In this document: positions 44,584 through 54,899 of the stretch, one piece after another
Layout: each line of letters begins with the position of its first letter
How positions within the stretch are numbered: position 1 is the stretch's first letter
Assembly (NCBI GenBank): GCA_963705615.1
Contig: CAVPKE010000014.1
Location: 1,871-65,870, forward strand
DNA length: 64,000 nucleotides
Origin: an uncultured beta proteobacterium
Lineage (GTDB): Bacteria > Pseudomonadota > Gammaproteobacteria > Burkholderiales > SHXO01
Reading direction: 5' to 3'
Made by a program: the position numbers and the translations under genes
The notes under the pieces: model-generated
Databases searched by the model: none
What the model was told of the DNA's origin: nothing
What the model saw: only the letters and a program-made list of their open reading frames with translations

Positions 44584-44644
44584 GGGCACACGGGTTGCGC
44601 GATTCCTGGATGCTGAAGTCCTTCTGCTATAATCGGTCGCAAGT

Positions 44645-44721
44645 CGGGGCGTAGCGCAGCCTGGTAGCGTACTTGCATGGGGTGCAAGTGGTCGCTGGTT
44701 CGAATCCAGTCGCCCCGACCA
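44645..44721 (+). tRNA. tRNA-Pro (anticodon GGG)
   Basis: Manual cloverleaf: acceptor CGGGGCG/CGCCCCG, anticodon stem CUUGC/GCAAG with loop AUGGGGU, T arm GCUGG-UUCGAAU-CCAGU, and encoded CCA. A TATAAT at 44628-44633 lies 11 nt upstream. Confidence 0.92.
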
Positions 44722-44818
44722 CTGCCCTGGTCCGCCCGTTTCCTGATCTGAGCGACGCGGTCCGTCGCAGGGCCGCTGATCCGCCCCCACGGAAAGTCCT
44801 CGCCGTGCCGCCTTCGAG

Positions 44819-45616
44819 ATGCGCATCCTGTTGAGTAACGACGACGGCTACTTCGCGCCAGGACTCTCGATTCTGGCCGAGACGCTCTCCCGCCTGGCAG
44901 AGGTTGTTGTGGTGGCTCCCGAGCGCGACCGCAGCGGAGCGAGCAACTCGCTCACGCTCGACCGTCCGCTCATGGTTCGCGACTCGCACCTCGGGTTCCA
45001 CTACGTCAACGGCACTCCCACCGACTGCGTGCACCTGGCGGTGACCGGCATGCTCGACCCGCGACCCGACATGGTGGTGTCCGGGATCAATCATGGCGCC
45101 AACATGGGTGACGATACGATCTACTCCGGCACTGTAGCCGCCGCCACGGAAGGATTCCTGCTCGGCATTCCCTCCATCGCGGTCTCGCTGGCCAGCAAGT
45201 CGGAGGGCAACTATCCAGGTGCGGCGCGCGTGACGGCCGACCTGGTGCTGCGTTTGCAGCGCCGGGCGCTGCTGCAGCCAATGCTTCTCAACGTGAACGT
45301 GCCGGACGTGCCGTATGACGAGTTGCGCGGCGTCAAGGTCACCCGGCTCGGACGGCGGCACAAGGCCGAGGCCGTGATCAAGTCGAGCAACCCGCGCGGC
45401 GAGACTGTGTATTGGATCGGGGCCGCGGGCGACGCAGAGGACGCCGGGGAGGGAACCGACTTCCACGCTGTGTTGGAACACTTCGTGTCGGTCACGCCGT
45501 TGCAGATGGACCTCACGCATTTCGCGCAGCTCGATAGCCTGCACGCGTGGCTCGCGGGGAGTGTGGGCGCGATTGAGTCGGCGGCGGTCGATCCGGCGGA
45601 GGTCGCCGGACGCTAG
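44819..45616 (+). CDS. surE: 5'/3'-nucleotidase SurE
   Basis: [21 protein letters not shown]...[17 protein letters not shown]...[10 protein letters not shown]...[22 protein letters not shown]. Confidence 0.95.
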   Translation: MRILLSNDDGYFAPGLSILAETLSRLAEVVVVAPERDRSGASNSLTLDRPLMVRDSHLGFHYVNGTPTDCVHLAVTGMLDPRPDMVVSGINHGANMGDDTIYSGTVAAATEGFLLGIPSIAVSLASKSEGNYPGAARVTADLVLRLQRRALLQPMLLNVNVPDVPYDELRGVKVTRLGRRHKAEAVIKSSNPRGETVYWIGAAGDAEDAGEGTDFHAVLEHFVSVTPLQMDLTHFAQLDSLHAWLAGSVGAIESAAVDPAEVAGR

Positions 45617-45651
45617 CCGGAGCGTTCGGAGTCCACTGCCTCAGCGTAGCG

Positions 45652-46311
45652 ATGAGCAGCAGGCATCTCGGCATCGGGATGACGTCGCAGCGCACGCGCA
45701 TGCGCATGGTTGAGCGTTTGCGCGAGCAAGGCATCCGCGACGAGGTGGTGTTGGGCGCGCTGGCTGAAGTGCCGCGCCACATCTTTGTCGATGAGGCCCT
45801 GGCGCATCGGGCTTACGAGGACATTGCCCTACCCATCGGCTTCGGGCAGAGCATTTCCAATCCCTGGGTCGTAGCGCGCATGCTGGAGCTCGCACGCGCG
45901 GACAGCCCACTGGACAACGTGCTTGAGGTCGGAACCGGCTGCGGTTATCAGGCGGCGGTGCTGTCGCGCCTGGCACAACGGGTCTGGTCCGTGGAGCGTA
46001 TTTCCCAGCTCTTGATGCGCGCACGCATCCACCTGCGCGAGTTGCGGATCGCGAACGTCCGGGTCAAGCATGCGGACGGTCATCTCGGCCACAAGGACGC
46101 TGCTCCCTACGATGCAATCGTCATGGCCGCGGCCGCGACCCACGTCCCGGAGGCGCTATTGGAGCAGCTTGCCCCCGGCGGGCGCTTGGTGATGCCGCTG
46201 GGCGGCCGAGACCAGTTGCTCACGCTCATCGCGCGCGAAGGCGAGGGCTTCTCCCGGCGCACGCTTGAGCCGGTACGCTTCGTTCCCTTGGTCCGTGGGG
46301 CGTCGGTATGA
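45652..46311 (+). CDS. pcm: protein-L-isoaspartate O-methyltransferase
   Basis: The sequence includes [36 protein letters not shown] and the SAM motif [16 protein letters not shown]. It continues ...YDAIVMAAA...GGRLVMPLG. Confidence 0.95.
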   Translation: MSSRHLGIGMTSQRTRMRMVERLREQGIRDEVVLGALAEVPRHIFVDEALAHRAYEDIALPIGFGQSISNPWVVARMLELARADSPLDNVLEVGTGCGYQAAVLSRLAQRVWSVERISQLLMRARIHLRELRIANVRVKHADGHLGHKDAAPYDAIVMAAAATHVPEALLEQLAPGGRLVMPLGGRDQLLTLIAREGEGFSRRTLEPVRFVPLVRGASV

Positions 46312-47660
46312 CGCGACCAAGCCGGCACCGAACGACGCGGTGCGCGAGGCTGAGAGTGGGTGCGCGGTCTGCAGTCGGGATACTTTGGGTGTGTAGTGCA
46401 CTGCTGGCTGGATGCGAGACAGCCCCAGCCCCGGTTTCGCAGCGTCGCGTCGAAGAATATCGCAAGGCCCCAACCGCGCCTGCCACTCCCCCCAAGCCGG
46501 CCGCGTCCGAGCCGAGCCCGGCGGCTGCGGCGACGACGCCGGCAACTTCCGCGGCGAACGCGACCACGCCCAAACCGATTCCCGCGCCCGAGGCGAGCAC
46601 GGCGCCTGCGGCCAAGACACCGGCAATCTCTACGCCGAAGACAGCCACGCCCAAACCGAGCCCTGTGCCGGAGGCGAGCACGGCGACTGGGGCCAAGACA
46701 CCGGCAAGCTCCGCCTCAAGGTCGACTGCGCCCAAAACCGGTCCCGCGAGCGAGGAAGAGCTGGAGGGCGATTCGCGCCCTGAGTTCTATACCGTGAAGC
46801 GCGGTGACACGGTGTATAGCATCGCGTTGGACGCCGGTCTGGACTACAAAGAGCTGGCGGCCTGGAACCAGCTCGACGATGCCAACGTCATCAGGGTGGG
46901 CCAGCAGCTTCGGCTGCGTCCGCCAGCGGGCTGGAAACCAGAGGCCGCCGATGCGGAGGGTGTGGTCGTGCGTCCCGCCGCCAACCAGCCACAGGTCGAG
47001 TCGCTGCCGCTCGAGGCGCCGCCGTCGGTGAAATCCGCCCCTAAGGGCATCAAGGTGCCCTATTCCGAGCAGGCGCTGGCGCAGCTCACGCGCGACCCGG
47101 GGAAATCGCCGGCGACCGAGGCGAAGGCAGCGCTGGAGCCCAAGGCGGATGCAAGGCCGGCAAGTCCACCTGCCCCCGCTGTCTCGCCGATTTCACCACC
47201 CGTATCGGCGCTCGCAAGGCCTCCGACGTCGGCGGCGGTGTCTACGAAGACTTGGCAGCCGGCCGCCCCGCCAGCACAGGACTCGGCTCGATGGATCTGG
47301 CCGACGGCGGGTAAGCTGCTGCATCCGTTCAACCAGGGCCCCAATCCCAAAGGGGTGGCGATCGGGGGAAATGCGGGGCAGCCCGTCGTGGCCAGCGCAG
47401 CCGGGAAGGTTGTGTACAGTGGAAGCGGCCTGCGCGGCTACGGTAAGTTGATTATCATCAAGCACGACAACACCTACCTTAGCGTCTACGCTCACAACCG
47501 TGAGCTGCTGGTAAGAGAGGGGGAGCGCGTGAGCAAGGGCCAGAAGATCGCCGAGATGGGCAACATCGACTCGGAGCTGGTGGGCCTGCACTTCGAGATC
47601 CGGCGCCTGGGTAAACCGGTCGACCCGCTTGAGTATCTGCCGCAGGATGGGGCCTCATGA
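46308..47660 (+). CDS. nlpD: LysM- and M23-peptidase-domain lipoprotein (NlpD family)
   Basis: A lipobox-type signal (SALLAGC) is followed by a Pro/Ala/Thr-rich repeat linker. The LysM domain is [29 protein letters not shown] and the M23 domain is [21 protein letters not shown]...[15 protein letters not shown]. The position surE-pcm-nlpD-rpoS fits. Confidence 0.9.
   Translation: MTRPSRHRTTRCARLRVGARSAVGILWVCSALLAGCETAPAPVSQRRVEEYRKAPTAPATPPKPAASEPSPAAAATTPATSAANATTPKPIPAPEASTAPAAKTPAISTPKTATPKPSPVPEASTATGAKTPASSASRSTAPKTGPASEEELEGDSRPEFYTVKRGDTVYSIALDAGLDYKELAAWNQLDDANVIRVGQQLRLRPPAGWKPEAADAEGVVVRPAANQPQVESLPLEAPPSVKSAPKGIKVPYSEQALAQLTRDPGKSPATEAKAALEPKADARPASPPAPAVSPISPPVSALARPPTSAAVSTKTWQPAAPPAQDSARWIWPTAGKLLHPFNQGPNPKGVAIGGNAGQPVVASAAGKVVYSGSGLRGYGKLIIIKHDNTYLSVYAHNRELLVREGERVSKGQKIAEMGNIDSELVGLHFEIRRLGKPVDPLEYLPQDGAS
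46564..46725 (+). repeat. two tandem copies of an 81-nt (27-codon) unit inside the nlpD linker
   Basis: Units 46564-46644 and 46645-46725 share blocks CCACGCCCAAACCGA, AGGCGAGCACGGCG and GCCAAGACACCGGCAA. They encode TPKP.P.PEAST...AKTPA repeats. Confidence 0.8.
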
Positions 47661-48589
47661 CCGAGGCGCACCGTCATGTCGCGGGCGATCCCCTGGAAGA
47701 GGCGCTGCTCGCGACCCCTGACGTGGCCGTGGCGGAGGACGACTACGTCAGCGCAGATCTGCAGTCCGACGTCACTCAACTCTACTTCAACGAGATCGGC
47801 CACAATCATCTGCTGACGGTGGGCGAAGAGTTGTGCCTCGCGCGCCTGGCGAAGGCGGGCCAATTCGAGGCGCGCCAGAAGATGATCGAGCACAACCTGC
47901 GGCTGGTGGTGAACATCGCCAAGCACTACGCCAAGCGCGGGCTCGCGCTGCTCGACCTGATCGAGGAGGGCAACCTGGGGCTGATCCACGCGATAGAGAA
48001 GTTCGACCCGGAGCGCGGGTTTCGCTTCTCGACCTATGCCACGTGGTGGGTGCGCCAGAGCATCGAGCGCGCGATCATGTACCAATCGCGCACCATACGG
48101 CTTCCGGTGCACGTCATCAGGGAGCTGAACATGGTGCTGCGCGCGACGCGCCACCTCGAGACCCACTCGGACCGCGAATCCACTGCTGACGATGTGGCGC
48201 ATCTGCTGGACCTCGACCCCGAGGCGGTGCGCCGCCTGCTGATACTGAACGAGCGCATGGCTTCGCTCGACGCCCCGCTCGACATCGATCCCATGTTATC
48301 GGTGGGCGAATCCCTGGCGGACGAGAGCAGCCTCACCCCGGAAGCGCGCACCGAGCTGTCCGAGATCGAGCAGCAGGTAACGCGATGGCTAGAGCAGCTC
48401 TCGGAGCGCCAGCGCGGCGTGATCGAGCGCCGTTACGGGCTGAACGGGTCGGATATCTACACGCTCGAGCAGGTGGCCCAGGACCTCAACCTAACGCGCG
48501 AGCGCGTGCGCCAGATCCAGCTCGAGGCATTGTCCAGCCTGCGCCGGATCCTGCGCCGCAGCGGCATCGACCGCGACGTTCTCCTGTAG
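47657..48589 (+). CDS. rpoS: RNA polymerase sigma factor RpoS
   Basis: The 310-aa sigma70-family protein has regions 1.2-4 ([17 protein letters not shown]..., [19 protein letters not shown]..., [34 protein letters not shown]...). The nlpD-rpoS linkage and overlapping ATGA support the call. Confidence 0.9.
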   Translation: MTEAHRHVAGDPLEEALLATPDVAVAEDDYVSADLQSDVTQLYFNEIGHNHLLTVGEELCLARLAKAGQFEARQKMIEHNLRLVVNIAKHYAKRGLALLDLIEEGNLGLIHAIEKFDPERGFRFSTYATWWVRQSIERAIMYQSRTIRLPVHVIRELNMVLRATRHLETHSDRESTADDVAHLLDLDPEAVRRLLILNERMASLDAPLDIDPMLSVGESLADESSLTPEARTELSEIEQQVTRWLEQLSERQRGVIERRYGLNGSDIYTLEQVAQDLNLTRERVRQIQLEALSSLRRILRRSGIDRDVLL

Positions 48590-48732
48590 CGGCTGACAGG
48601 CTTTTGTGGAACTGCTTCGCGAGCGCTCGCGTTGTATGCGCGGGGTGCACGCGCGCAAGCGTTTGAGCGAACGAGATGGCGCGAACGACTATGGCTAGCA
48701 ACGAACGGCCGTTCTCACCTCCCAAAGCTGTG

Positions 48733-50697
48733 CTAGAGCGAGCGCACCAACTGGCGCAAGCGGCGCGCCTCGGCGTTGCCACCCTGCCCCGCGTAGCGCA
48801 CGCCGATGTACAGGTCGACGATCGCGCGGATCCTGAGCTCCAGCGCCGGTTGTTCGGCCGCGGCGCGCTGCGCGAAATCGCGCGGTCCTTCCCCCGGGTG
48901 TCTCTCGGTGCCGCGTTTCGCGAGCTTGCGGCAAAAGGCGCGCCAAATGCGCGCCGCGGGGTCCGGGCGCAGGAGAAGAAGCTGGCGGAGCACCAGCAGC
49001 GCGAGCAAGGCCACGACGGCGCCCGCGACACTCATCAACAGGACTGTCAGCGTTTGCCAGGTGGGCGTGCGCAACCCCGCGTCGGTCAAAAGCTTCGTTT
49101 GCCGGTCTGGAGTGTAGCCCAACACCCATTGATTCCAGAAGTTCGCCATCGCGTCCCACGTGAAATGGATGCGGTTGAACAGCTCCCAGCTTCCCCGCAC
49201 TGAAATGGGCAGCGGCTCGCCGGCCGGCACCGCGGCTGCGATACCGGACTGGATGCGTGCGGGTGACACAGCCGCCGTCGGGTCCACGCGCACCCAACCT
49301 TCCTCCCTCAGCCATACCTCGGCCCACGCGTGTGCCTCCGACTGCCGAACGATCATGTAGTTGCCCAAAGGGTTCATCTCCCCGCCTTGGTACCCGGTGA
49401 CCACGCGGGCGGGAACCCCGGCGGCGCGCATCAGGAAAACGAATGACGATGCATAGTGCTCGCAGAAGCCGCGGCGCGTCACGAACAGGAACTCGTCCAC
49501 CGCGTCGTTCCCCAGCTCGGGCGGCACCAGCGTATAGAAGAAGGGCTGCGAGCGGAAAACGCCGAGCGCGTTTTTAACCACCTCCAGCTCGCTGGAAGAC
49601 TGTTGTCGGATTTGGCGCGCCAGCTCCAGAGATTTCGGGTTGTAGCCGCGCGGCACCCGCAACGCCCGGCGCAGTAAGCCGGGTTGCTCGTCGAGGCCGT
49701 ACCTGTAGCCCAGGTGTGAGCTCACGTCGTAGCGCAGTCGATTGCGGATGGGGCGCGTCGCGAGCAGTTGGTAGTCGTTTGTGAGCACGGTGTCGGGCGG
49801 TGCGCCAGTCGGCAGATCGATGGCGAACACCCAGTGCATGTAATGCGGCTCAAGCGTGACGGTGTACTGGACCGCCGCGGTAGTGGCTGCATGATGCACG
49901 CCACCAGTGGCGGTAGTGCCGGCGTCTCCGGTGGTCCAGGTGCGGCCGTCGAAGTCCCACAGCACCGGCCCGCGCCAGTACAAGCTCTGAGGCGGCGGTG
50001 CGGGCGAACCGAAGCGCACCCGGAACGCGACATCATCGGACAAGCTGAGGCGGCTGAGAGAGCCGGGGGACATACTGTCGGAGAGCCCGCTCACTCCGGT
50101 GGAGGTGGCCTGCGGGAAGCCAAATAGGGGTCCCTGCACGCGCGGAAAGAGCAGGAACAGAGCGATCGTCAGTGGTGCGGCCTGCAACATCAGAGTTACC
50201 GCCATGCGCAGCGCCTGCGCTGCGGCTAGGGTGTGGCTGCGGTCCTGAAGCGCGACCAGTGTAGCGGTGAGCCAGGCCATCACGGCCACCATGTACAACG
50301 CGGTGGGAATAGTCTGCGAATAGAGGAAGTTGGTAATGATCAGAAAAAAACCGAGGCAAACCGCCACCGTGGCGTCGCGCAGGGCCTTCACCTCCAGGAT
50401 CTTGAGGCCGAGCATGATCGCGAGCAGCGCAACCGCCGCGTCGCGTCCGAGTCGGGGACCATAGCTCAGCACGACACCGGCAGTGCCCAGCACCGTAAGC
50501 GGAATCAGCAGCCATTTTCCGGGCAGTGCGCCAGCGCGCCAGGTCAGCCACCCCCGCCAGATGAGCATGGCTGCGACCGCGCTGGAAACCCACACTGGCA
50601 TGCGCTCCACATGCGGTATCAGCACGGCGACAAGCACCCCGAGCACCGAGTACACCCCGGGGCTTTGCAGCGGCGCCGCGTCGACTCGCGTGTTCAT
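48733..50697 (-). CDS. transglutaminase-like membrane protein (TgpA-like: DUF3488 N-terminal TM region plus transglutaminase core)
   Basis: Start at MNTRVDAAPLQSPG... About six TM helices precede the transglutaminase core RRGFCEHYASSFVFLMRAAGVPARVVTGYQGGE...SEAHAWAEVW (Cys-His-Asp type), followed by a C-terminal TM. The ATGA overlaps the DUF58 gene. Confidence 0.85.
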   Translation of the reverse strand: MNTRVDAAPLQSPGVYSVLGVLVAVLIPHVERMPVWVSSAVAAMLIWRGWLTWRAGALPGKWLLIPLTVLGTAGVVLSYGPRLGRDAAVALLAIMLGLKILEVKALRDATVAVCLGFFLIITNFLYSQTIPTALYMVAVMAWLTATLVALQDRSHTLAAAQALRMAVTLMLQAAPLTIALFLLFPRVQGPLFGFPQATSTGVSGLSDSMSPGSLSRLSLSDDVAFRVRFGSPAPPPQSLYWRGPVLWDFDGRTWTTGDAGTTATGGVHHAATTAAVQYTVTLEPHYMHWVFAIDLPTGAPPDTVLTNDYQLLATRPIRNRLRYDVSSHLGYRYGLDEQPGLLRRALRVPRGYNPKSLELARQIRQQSSSELEVVKNALGVFRSQPFFYTLVPPELGNDAVDEFLFVTRRGFCEHYASSFVFLMRAAGVPARVVTGYQGGEMNPLGNYMIVRQSEAHAWAEVWLREEGWVRVDPTAAVSPARIQSGIAAAVPAGEPLPISVRGSWELFNRIHFTWDAMANFWNQWVLGYTPDRQTKLLTDAGLRTPTWQTLTVLLMSVAGAVVALLALLVLRQLLLLRPDPAARIWRAFCRKLAKRGTERHPGEGPRDFAQRAAAEQPALELRIRAIVDLYIGVRYAGQGGNAEARRLRQLVRSL

Positions 50698-51656
50698 TGC
50701 TGGAACAGCGCCAAGGCGGTGAGGCAGCGCTGCTCGTGGGCCGGGCCAGAGCCCGCCGCGATCAGAGTAGAGGGCAGCCGCAGCCCGTAGGCGTGTCCGG
50801 CGCGGGCGGCCTCCAGCACCCAGCGCGTAAGGCGCGAAAGGCGCGCCTCCAGGCCAAACTCGCTCGGGATTGCGTCCCAGTCGAGCCACAACTCACCTGC
50901 GGCGAGCCCCGCGAACTGCTTTGTCATTAACGGGTCGCTGCGCGCTGCGGCCTTCCATGCCACGTGGCGCAGGGAGTCACCAGGCTGGTAGGGGCGCAAC
51001 CCGGCGAAATCGTCCTGCCCCTGACCCATCTCCAGCCCGTTCGAATCGCCCGCAGTTGGAGGCGGCAGTGGAATGTACCCCGGTTCCGGCCGAGGATAGA
51101 TAAGACAATGCGCGTCCGGTTCCAGGTTCGACCACGCCTGGAACAAGCCCAGCGGAAATGTTGTGAACACGCGCAGGCGCCCAAGGCGAAGCCGGCCTCT
51201 GTGCTCGGCCGGGATGCGGATGTGGACCGTCGTCGTCTGACCGATGCCGACGTCCACAAAAGTCGCTTGCCGATCTGCCGCCGCGAGCCCAATCGAACGC
51301 CGCACCGCGGTGCCGGGGTCGCAAAGTAGCACCGGGAACAGCGCCATGTCTCCGGCAAACACGGGTTCGGGCCGCCCCGCTGTGAGCTGCAGTCGGACCA
51401 GGTTGCGGAACGTGTGCAGGATGGAAACGACCGCGAGCCCGCTCATGAGGAACGTCAGCACATAGCCCAAGCCCAGGGTGTAGTTGATGCAGCCGAGGAG
51501 CATGACCAGCGCCGTGGCGCCGAACAGAAGCCCTGCGCGGGTGGGCAGGATATAGATCCGGCCCTGGGTGAGCGTTACCGGACCCGCCTCCCGCACCGCG
51601 CGCCGCGATCGCAGCTCGGGCAGACGGAACTTGAGTGTTGAACTCGCGCGCGCCAC
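50694..51656 (-). CDS. DUF58-domain protein (MoxR-associated)
   Basis: The GTG start gives VARASSTLKFRLPE... Two TM helices are followed by ...DDFAGLRPYQPGDSLRHVAWKAAAR, typical of DUF58. It sits between MoxR and the transglutaminase gene. Confidence 0.8.
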   Translation of the reverse strand: MARASSTLKFRLPELRSRRAVREAGPVTLTQGRIYILPTRAGLLFGATALVMLLGCINYTLGLGYVLTFLMSGLAVVSILHTFRNLVRLQLTAGRPEPVFAGDMALFPVLLCDPGTAVRRSIGLAAADRQATFVDVGIGQTTTVHIRIPAEHRGRLRLGRLRVFTTFPLGLFQAWSNLEPDAHCLIYPRPEPGYIPLPPPTAGDSNGLEMGQGQDDFAGLRPYQPGDSLRHVAWKAAARSDPLMTKQFAGLAAGELWLDWDAIPSEFGLEARLSRLTRWVLEAARAGHAYGLRLPSTLIAAGSGPAHEQRCLTALALFQQ

Positions 51657-51661
51657 GCGCG

Positions 51662-52690
51662 TCAGGGGATGGCGACCTCGGCGAGGAGCCGGCGAGCGAT
51701 TTCCACGCTGTCCCGCCCCTGTTGACCGGGTGCCTGTAGACGGTGACCGACAACGCTGGGCAGCACGGCTTGCAGGTCCTCCGGCAGCACGTGACTGCGC
51801 CCCTCGAGCAACGCCCACGCGCGCGCGGCGTGCAGCAGGTTCAGGCCCGCGCGTGGGCTCAACCCGGTAACCAGCTCCGGCGATTGCCGGGTGTACGAGA
51901 TGATGGCCTGGAGATAGTCGTACAGAGCAGGGGAGGCGAATACTGCCCGCACCGACTGCTGCAAGGCCGTCAACTCCTCGGCCGTCACGCAGCGCTTCAA
52001 CTCGGCCATCATGTCACGCCGGTCGCGGCCTTCCAGGAGCGAGCGTTCCGCGCGCGCATTGGGGTAGCCCAGCCGCAGGCACATGAGGAAGCGGTCGAGC
52101 TGGGATTCCGGGAGCGGAAAAGTGCCGACCTGGTAGGAGGGGTTCTGCGTCGCGATCACAAAGAACGGCTCGGGCAGCTCGCGCGTTTCGCCTTCTGTGG
52201 TGACCTGATGCTCCTCCATCGCTTCCAGCAACGCACTCTGGGCCTTGGGCGTGGCGCGATTGACCTCATCGGCCAGAATCATCGGGGCGAAGATCGGCCC
52301 GGGGTGAAATTTGAAGCTGCCGGCCTGGCGGTCGAAGATGGACACGCCGATGATGTCCGCGGGCAGCAGGTCGCTGGTGAACTGGATACGCTGGAAGCGC
52401 AATCCCAGCGAATTAGCCAGCGCATGAGCCAGCGTGGTCTTGCCTACGCCGGGGAGATCTTCGATCAACAGGTGCCCGCGCGCGAGCAGGCAAGCGAGCG
52501 TAAGCTGGATTTGCGTTTCCTTCCCCAGGATGATTCCGCTCACCTGGTCCATGACTTTGCGCAGCCCATCTAGGGCGCCGCCCAGGTCCGCCCCGGCCGA
52601 GCCCGCCAGGGGGAGGGGGTGCTGCGGCCGATACCGCCGACTGCCGCGATCTGCCGCGACCAGCCGCGCTGCAAGTGAGTCACGCTGCAT
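51662..52690 (-). CDS. MoxR-family AAA+ ATPase
   Basis: Walker A is LIEDLPGVGKTTLAHALA and Walker B is ILADEVNRATPKAQSALLEAMEE. The sequence continues ...FFVIATQNP....PESQLDRF. The true start may be downstream of the first ATG. Confidence 0.9.
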   Translation of the reverse strand: MQRDSLAARLVAADRGSRRYRPQHPLPLAGSAGADLGGALDGLRKVMDQVSGIILGKETQIQLTLACLLARGHLLIEDLPGVGKTTLAHALANSLGLRFQRIQFTSDLLPADIIGVSIFDRQAGSFKFHPGPIFAPMILADEVNRATPKAQSALLEAMEEHQVTTEGETRELPEPFFVIATQNPSYQVGTFPLPESQLDRFLMCLRLGYPNARAERSLLEGRDRRDMMAELKRCVTAEELTALQQSVRAVFASPALYDYLQAIISYTRQSPELVTGLSPRAGLNLLHAARAWALLEGRSHVLPEDLQAVLPSVVGHRLQAPGQQGRDSVEIARRLLAEVAIP

Positions 52691-52706
52691 AGCTTTGCCT
52701 GCTCTG

Positions 52707-53279
52707 CTAGAAAACTCTTACCGCGCGCCGCAGGAGCGGATCGTCCGGCACGGGCTGTAGCTCGAAGCCCAGCGAGGCCATCAAGCCCAGCATCCGGATA
52801 TTACTGGCCAACACGTCACCCCAGATGCGTCGGAGCCCGATGGCGCGCGCCGCGCGCATCAACTCGCACAGCAGCCGCGTTCCTACGCCGCGATTCTGAC
52901 ATTCGTCGGCAACCACGACGGCGAACTCGGCGCTGGTGCAGTCGGAGTCTGCTACGCAGCGCGCCACGCCGATGAATCGGGTGGCGGCGGCTTCACCAAC
53001 GACTGCCGCCAGCGCAAGCTCGCGTTGAAAGTCCGGGTGGGTGAAGCGGTACAGCATATCGGGGGGCAGCTCCCGAAGCGTGGTCATGAAACGGAAATAG
53101 CGCGACTCGGGCGAGAGCGCACGCACGAAAGTCTGTTCGCGCTCGGCGTCCTCGGGCCCGATCGGGCGGATCACGATGTCGGTCCCATCGCGTAGCCGTG
53201 CACGGACCGGGTACAGGGCCCGGGCCGGAGATGGACTGCCCGTGGGAAGCCGGGCCGAGTTACTGGGTACGATGTCCAT
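52707..53279 (-). CDS. GNAT-family N-acetyltransferase (resembles the acetyltransferase domain of Pat-type protein acetyltransferases)
   Basis: Start at MDIVPSNS... The sequence includes IRPIGPEDAEREQTFVRALSPESRYFRFMTTLRELPPDMLYRFTH... and the acetyl-CoA motif QNRGVGTRLL. Confidence 0.75.
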   Translation of the reverse strand: MDIVPSNSARLPTGSPSPARALYPVRARLRDGTDIVIRPIGPEDAEREQTFVRALSPESRYFRFMTTLRELPPDMLYRFTHPDFQRELALAAVVGEAAATRFIGVARCVADSDCTSAEFAVVVADECQNRGVGTRLLCELMRAARAIGLRRIWGDVLASNIRMLGLMASLGFELQPVPDDPLLRRAVRVF

Positions 53280-53490
53280 GGGCGTTGATCGGGATCTGCC
53301 CGGGCGCGGACTCTCGACATCATAGCCCAGCGCGCATAACGCACGAAGCATGCCACTGCCGGCGCGTGGATCGGGCTCCACCCGCCCCTCAGGTGCAACC
53401 GCTCGAGTGGCGCGTGGACTTCGCTGGCCCGACACTCTACGATAAGTATCGCCGCCCAACCCCAGATTCTGCGACTGCGAGCCGTGCTCG

Positions 53491-54414
53491 ATGCAAACCG
53501 CCTTCATCACTCACCCCGACTGCCAGCTGCACGACATGGGGCGCCATCACCCCGAGTGTCCCGAGCGTCTCCAGGCGATAGCGGATCAGCTGATCGCCTC
53601 CGGGGTGCTCGGTTGTCTGGTCGAATACGACGCACCGCTCGCCACGCGTGAGCAGCTCGCCCGCGTACACGATGCCGATTACGTGGATGCAGTTGGAGCA
53701 TCCGCTCCGGCTGCGGGAATCGTGCATCTCGATCCAGACACGGCCATGAACCCGCATTCCTACACCGCGGCGCTGCGCGCGGCCGGGGCAGCGGTGCTCG
53801 CCACCGACTTGGTGCTGGCGGGCAAGGCGGCGAACGCCTTCTGCTGCGTCCGGCCGCCCGGGCACCACGCCGAGCGCCGCCGCGCCATGGGATTTTGCTT
53901 CTTCAACAACGTCGCGGTGGGCGCCGCGCACGCCCTGAACGGACATGCGCTCGAGCGGGTGGCGGTGGTTGATTTCGACGTGCACCATGGCAACGGCACC
54001 GAGGACATCTTCCGCCACGACCAGCGGGTGCTGATGGTGTCCACCTTCCAACATCCGTTCTATCCCTACAGCGGGATCGACGGTCGGTCCGAACGGATGG
54101 TGAATATCCCATTGGCGGCGTACACCGATGGCGGTGGGTTCAGGCGCGCGGTGGAGTCGCATTGGCTGCCTGCTCTGAATCGCTTTCAGCCACAGGCCAT
54201 CTATATCTCCGCAGGTTTCGATGCCCACCGCGAAGACGACATGGCTTCGCTCGGCCTGGTCGAAGCCGACTATGTCTGGGTCACTCAGCAGATCAGGGAC
54301 GTCGCGGCGCTCCACGCGTCCGGCCGCATCATCTCGGTGCTGGAGGGCGGCTATAACCTGGGCGCGCTGGGGCGTAGCGTCACGGCCCATCTCAAGGTCC
54401 TGGCCCAGGTCTGA
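53491..54414 (+). CDS. histone-deacetylase-family (class II HDAC/AcuC-like) zinc amidohydrolase
   Basis: HPECPERL..., RPPGHHAERRRAMGFCFFNNVA, VDFDVHHGNGTEDIF, SAGFDAHREDDMASL, LEGGYNL. Confidence 0.9.
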   Translation: MQTAFITHPDCQLHDMGRHHPECPERLQAIADQLIASGVLGCLVEYDAPLATREQLARVHDADYVDAVGASAPAAGIVHLDPDTAMNPHSYTAALRAAGAAVLATDLVLAGKAANAFCCVRPPGHHAERRRAMGFCFFNNVAVGAAHALNGHALERVAVVDFDVHHGNGTEDIFRHDQRVLMVSTFQHPFYPYSGIDGRSERMVNIPLAAYTDGGGFRRAVESHWLPALNRFQPQAIYISAGFDAHREDDMASLGLVEADYVWVTQQIRDVAALHASGRIISVLEGGYNLGALGRSVTAHLKVLAQV

Positions 54415-54422
54415 GTCGGCGC

Positions 54423-54800
54423 TCAGCGTTCCGGCGCGACCAGCAACGCCGCACCCACGCGTCGGTCCTCGGATAGCAGGATGTTGTAAGTCCTGCAGGC
54501 AGCGTGAGTGTCCATCACCTCGAGCGCCGTGCCGGCATCACGCAACGGTCTGGTAGCCGACGGATGCGGAAAGCGCAGCTGCGCGCCAGTCCCCAGGATG
54601 AGGATTTCCAGCGATAACCCAGCCAGCTGAGACAGCGTGCTCTCGGTCAGGTCATCGAAACCGACTGCCGCCCAGTCCAGGATGCGATCCGGGAGCACGA
54701 TCAGGCTGCGCTCGTAGCGCTCGCCGTTGACAGCGACATAGCCGCGGCCGTAACCGGAGAACAGGTTGCGACCTTCGGCGCGCGCCAGATGCAGCTTCAT
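54423..54800 (-). CDS. Mth938-like (DUF498) domain protein
   Basis: The 125-aa ORF includes GYGRGYVAVNGERYERSLIVLPDRI...LEILILGTGAQLRFPHP...GTALEVMDTHAACRTYNILLSEDRRVGAALL, the family-typical pattern. Confidence 0.75.
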   Translation of the reverse strand: MKLHLARAEGRNLFSGYGRGYVAVNGERYERSLIVLPDRILDWAAVGFDDLTESTLSQLAGLSLEILILGTGAQLRFPHPSATRPLRDAGTALEVMDTHAACRTYNILLSEDRRVGAALLVAPER

Positions 54801-54899
54801 GCTGGGGATTTGCTGGGGGCAAGGGCGTCCGGTAACATTGTACCTTTTACATCAAAACGTTAACTCTGGAGCCCTCACGCTCCTTGGAGTGCAGAGTCG

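Noticed and set aside
46540-46740. Regularly spaced direct repeats that might be taken for a short CRISPR-like array.
   Set aside because: They lie in frame inside nlpD and encode a Pro/Ala/Thr linker. There are only two to three degenerate copies, contiguous without spacers, and no cas genes occur anywhere in the window.
48618-48631. A perfect 14-nt palindrome CGCGAGCGCTCGCG between the convergent rpoS and transglutaminase genes, as a possible bidirectional terminator.
   Set aside because: There is no loop and no flanking T- or A-tract, so it cannot be supported as an intrinsic terminator from sequence alone.
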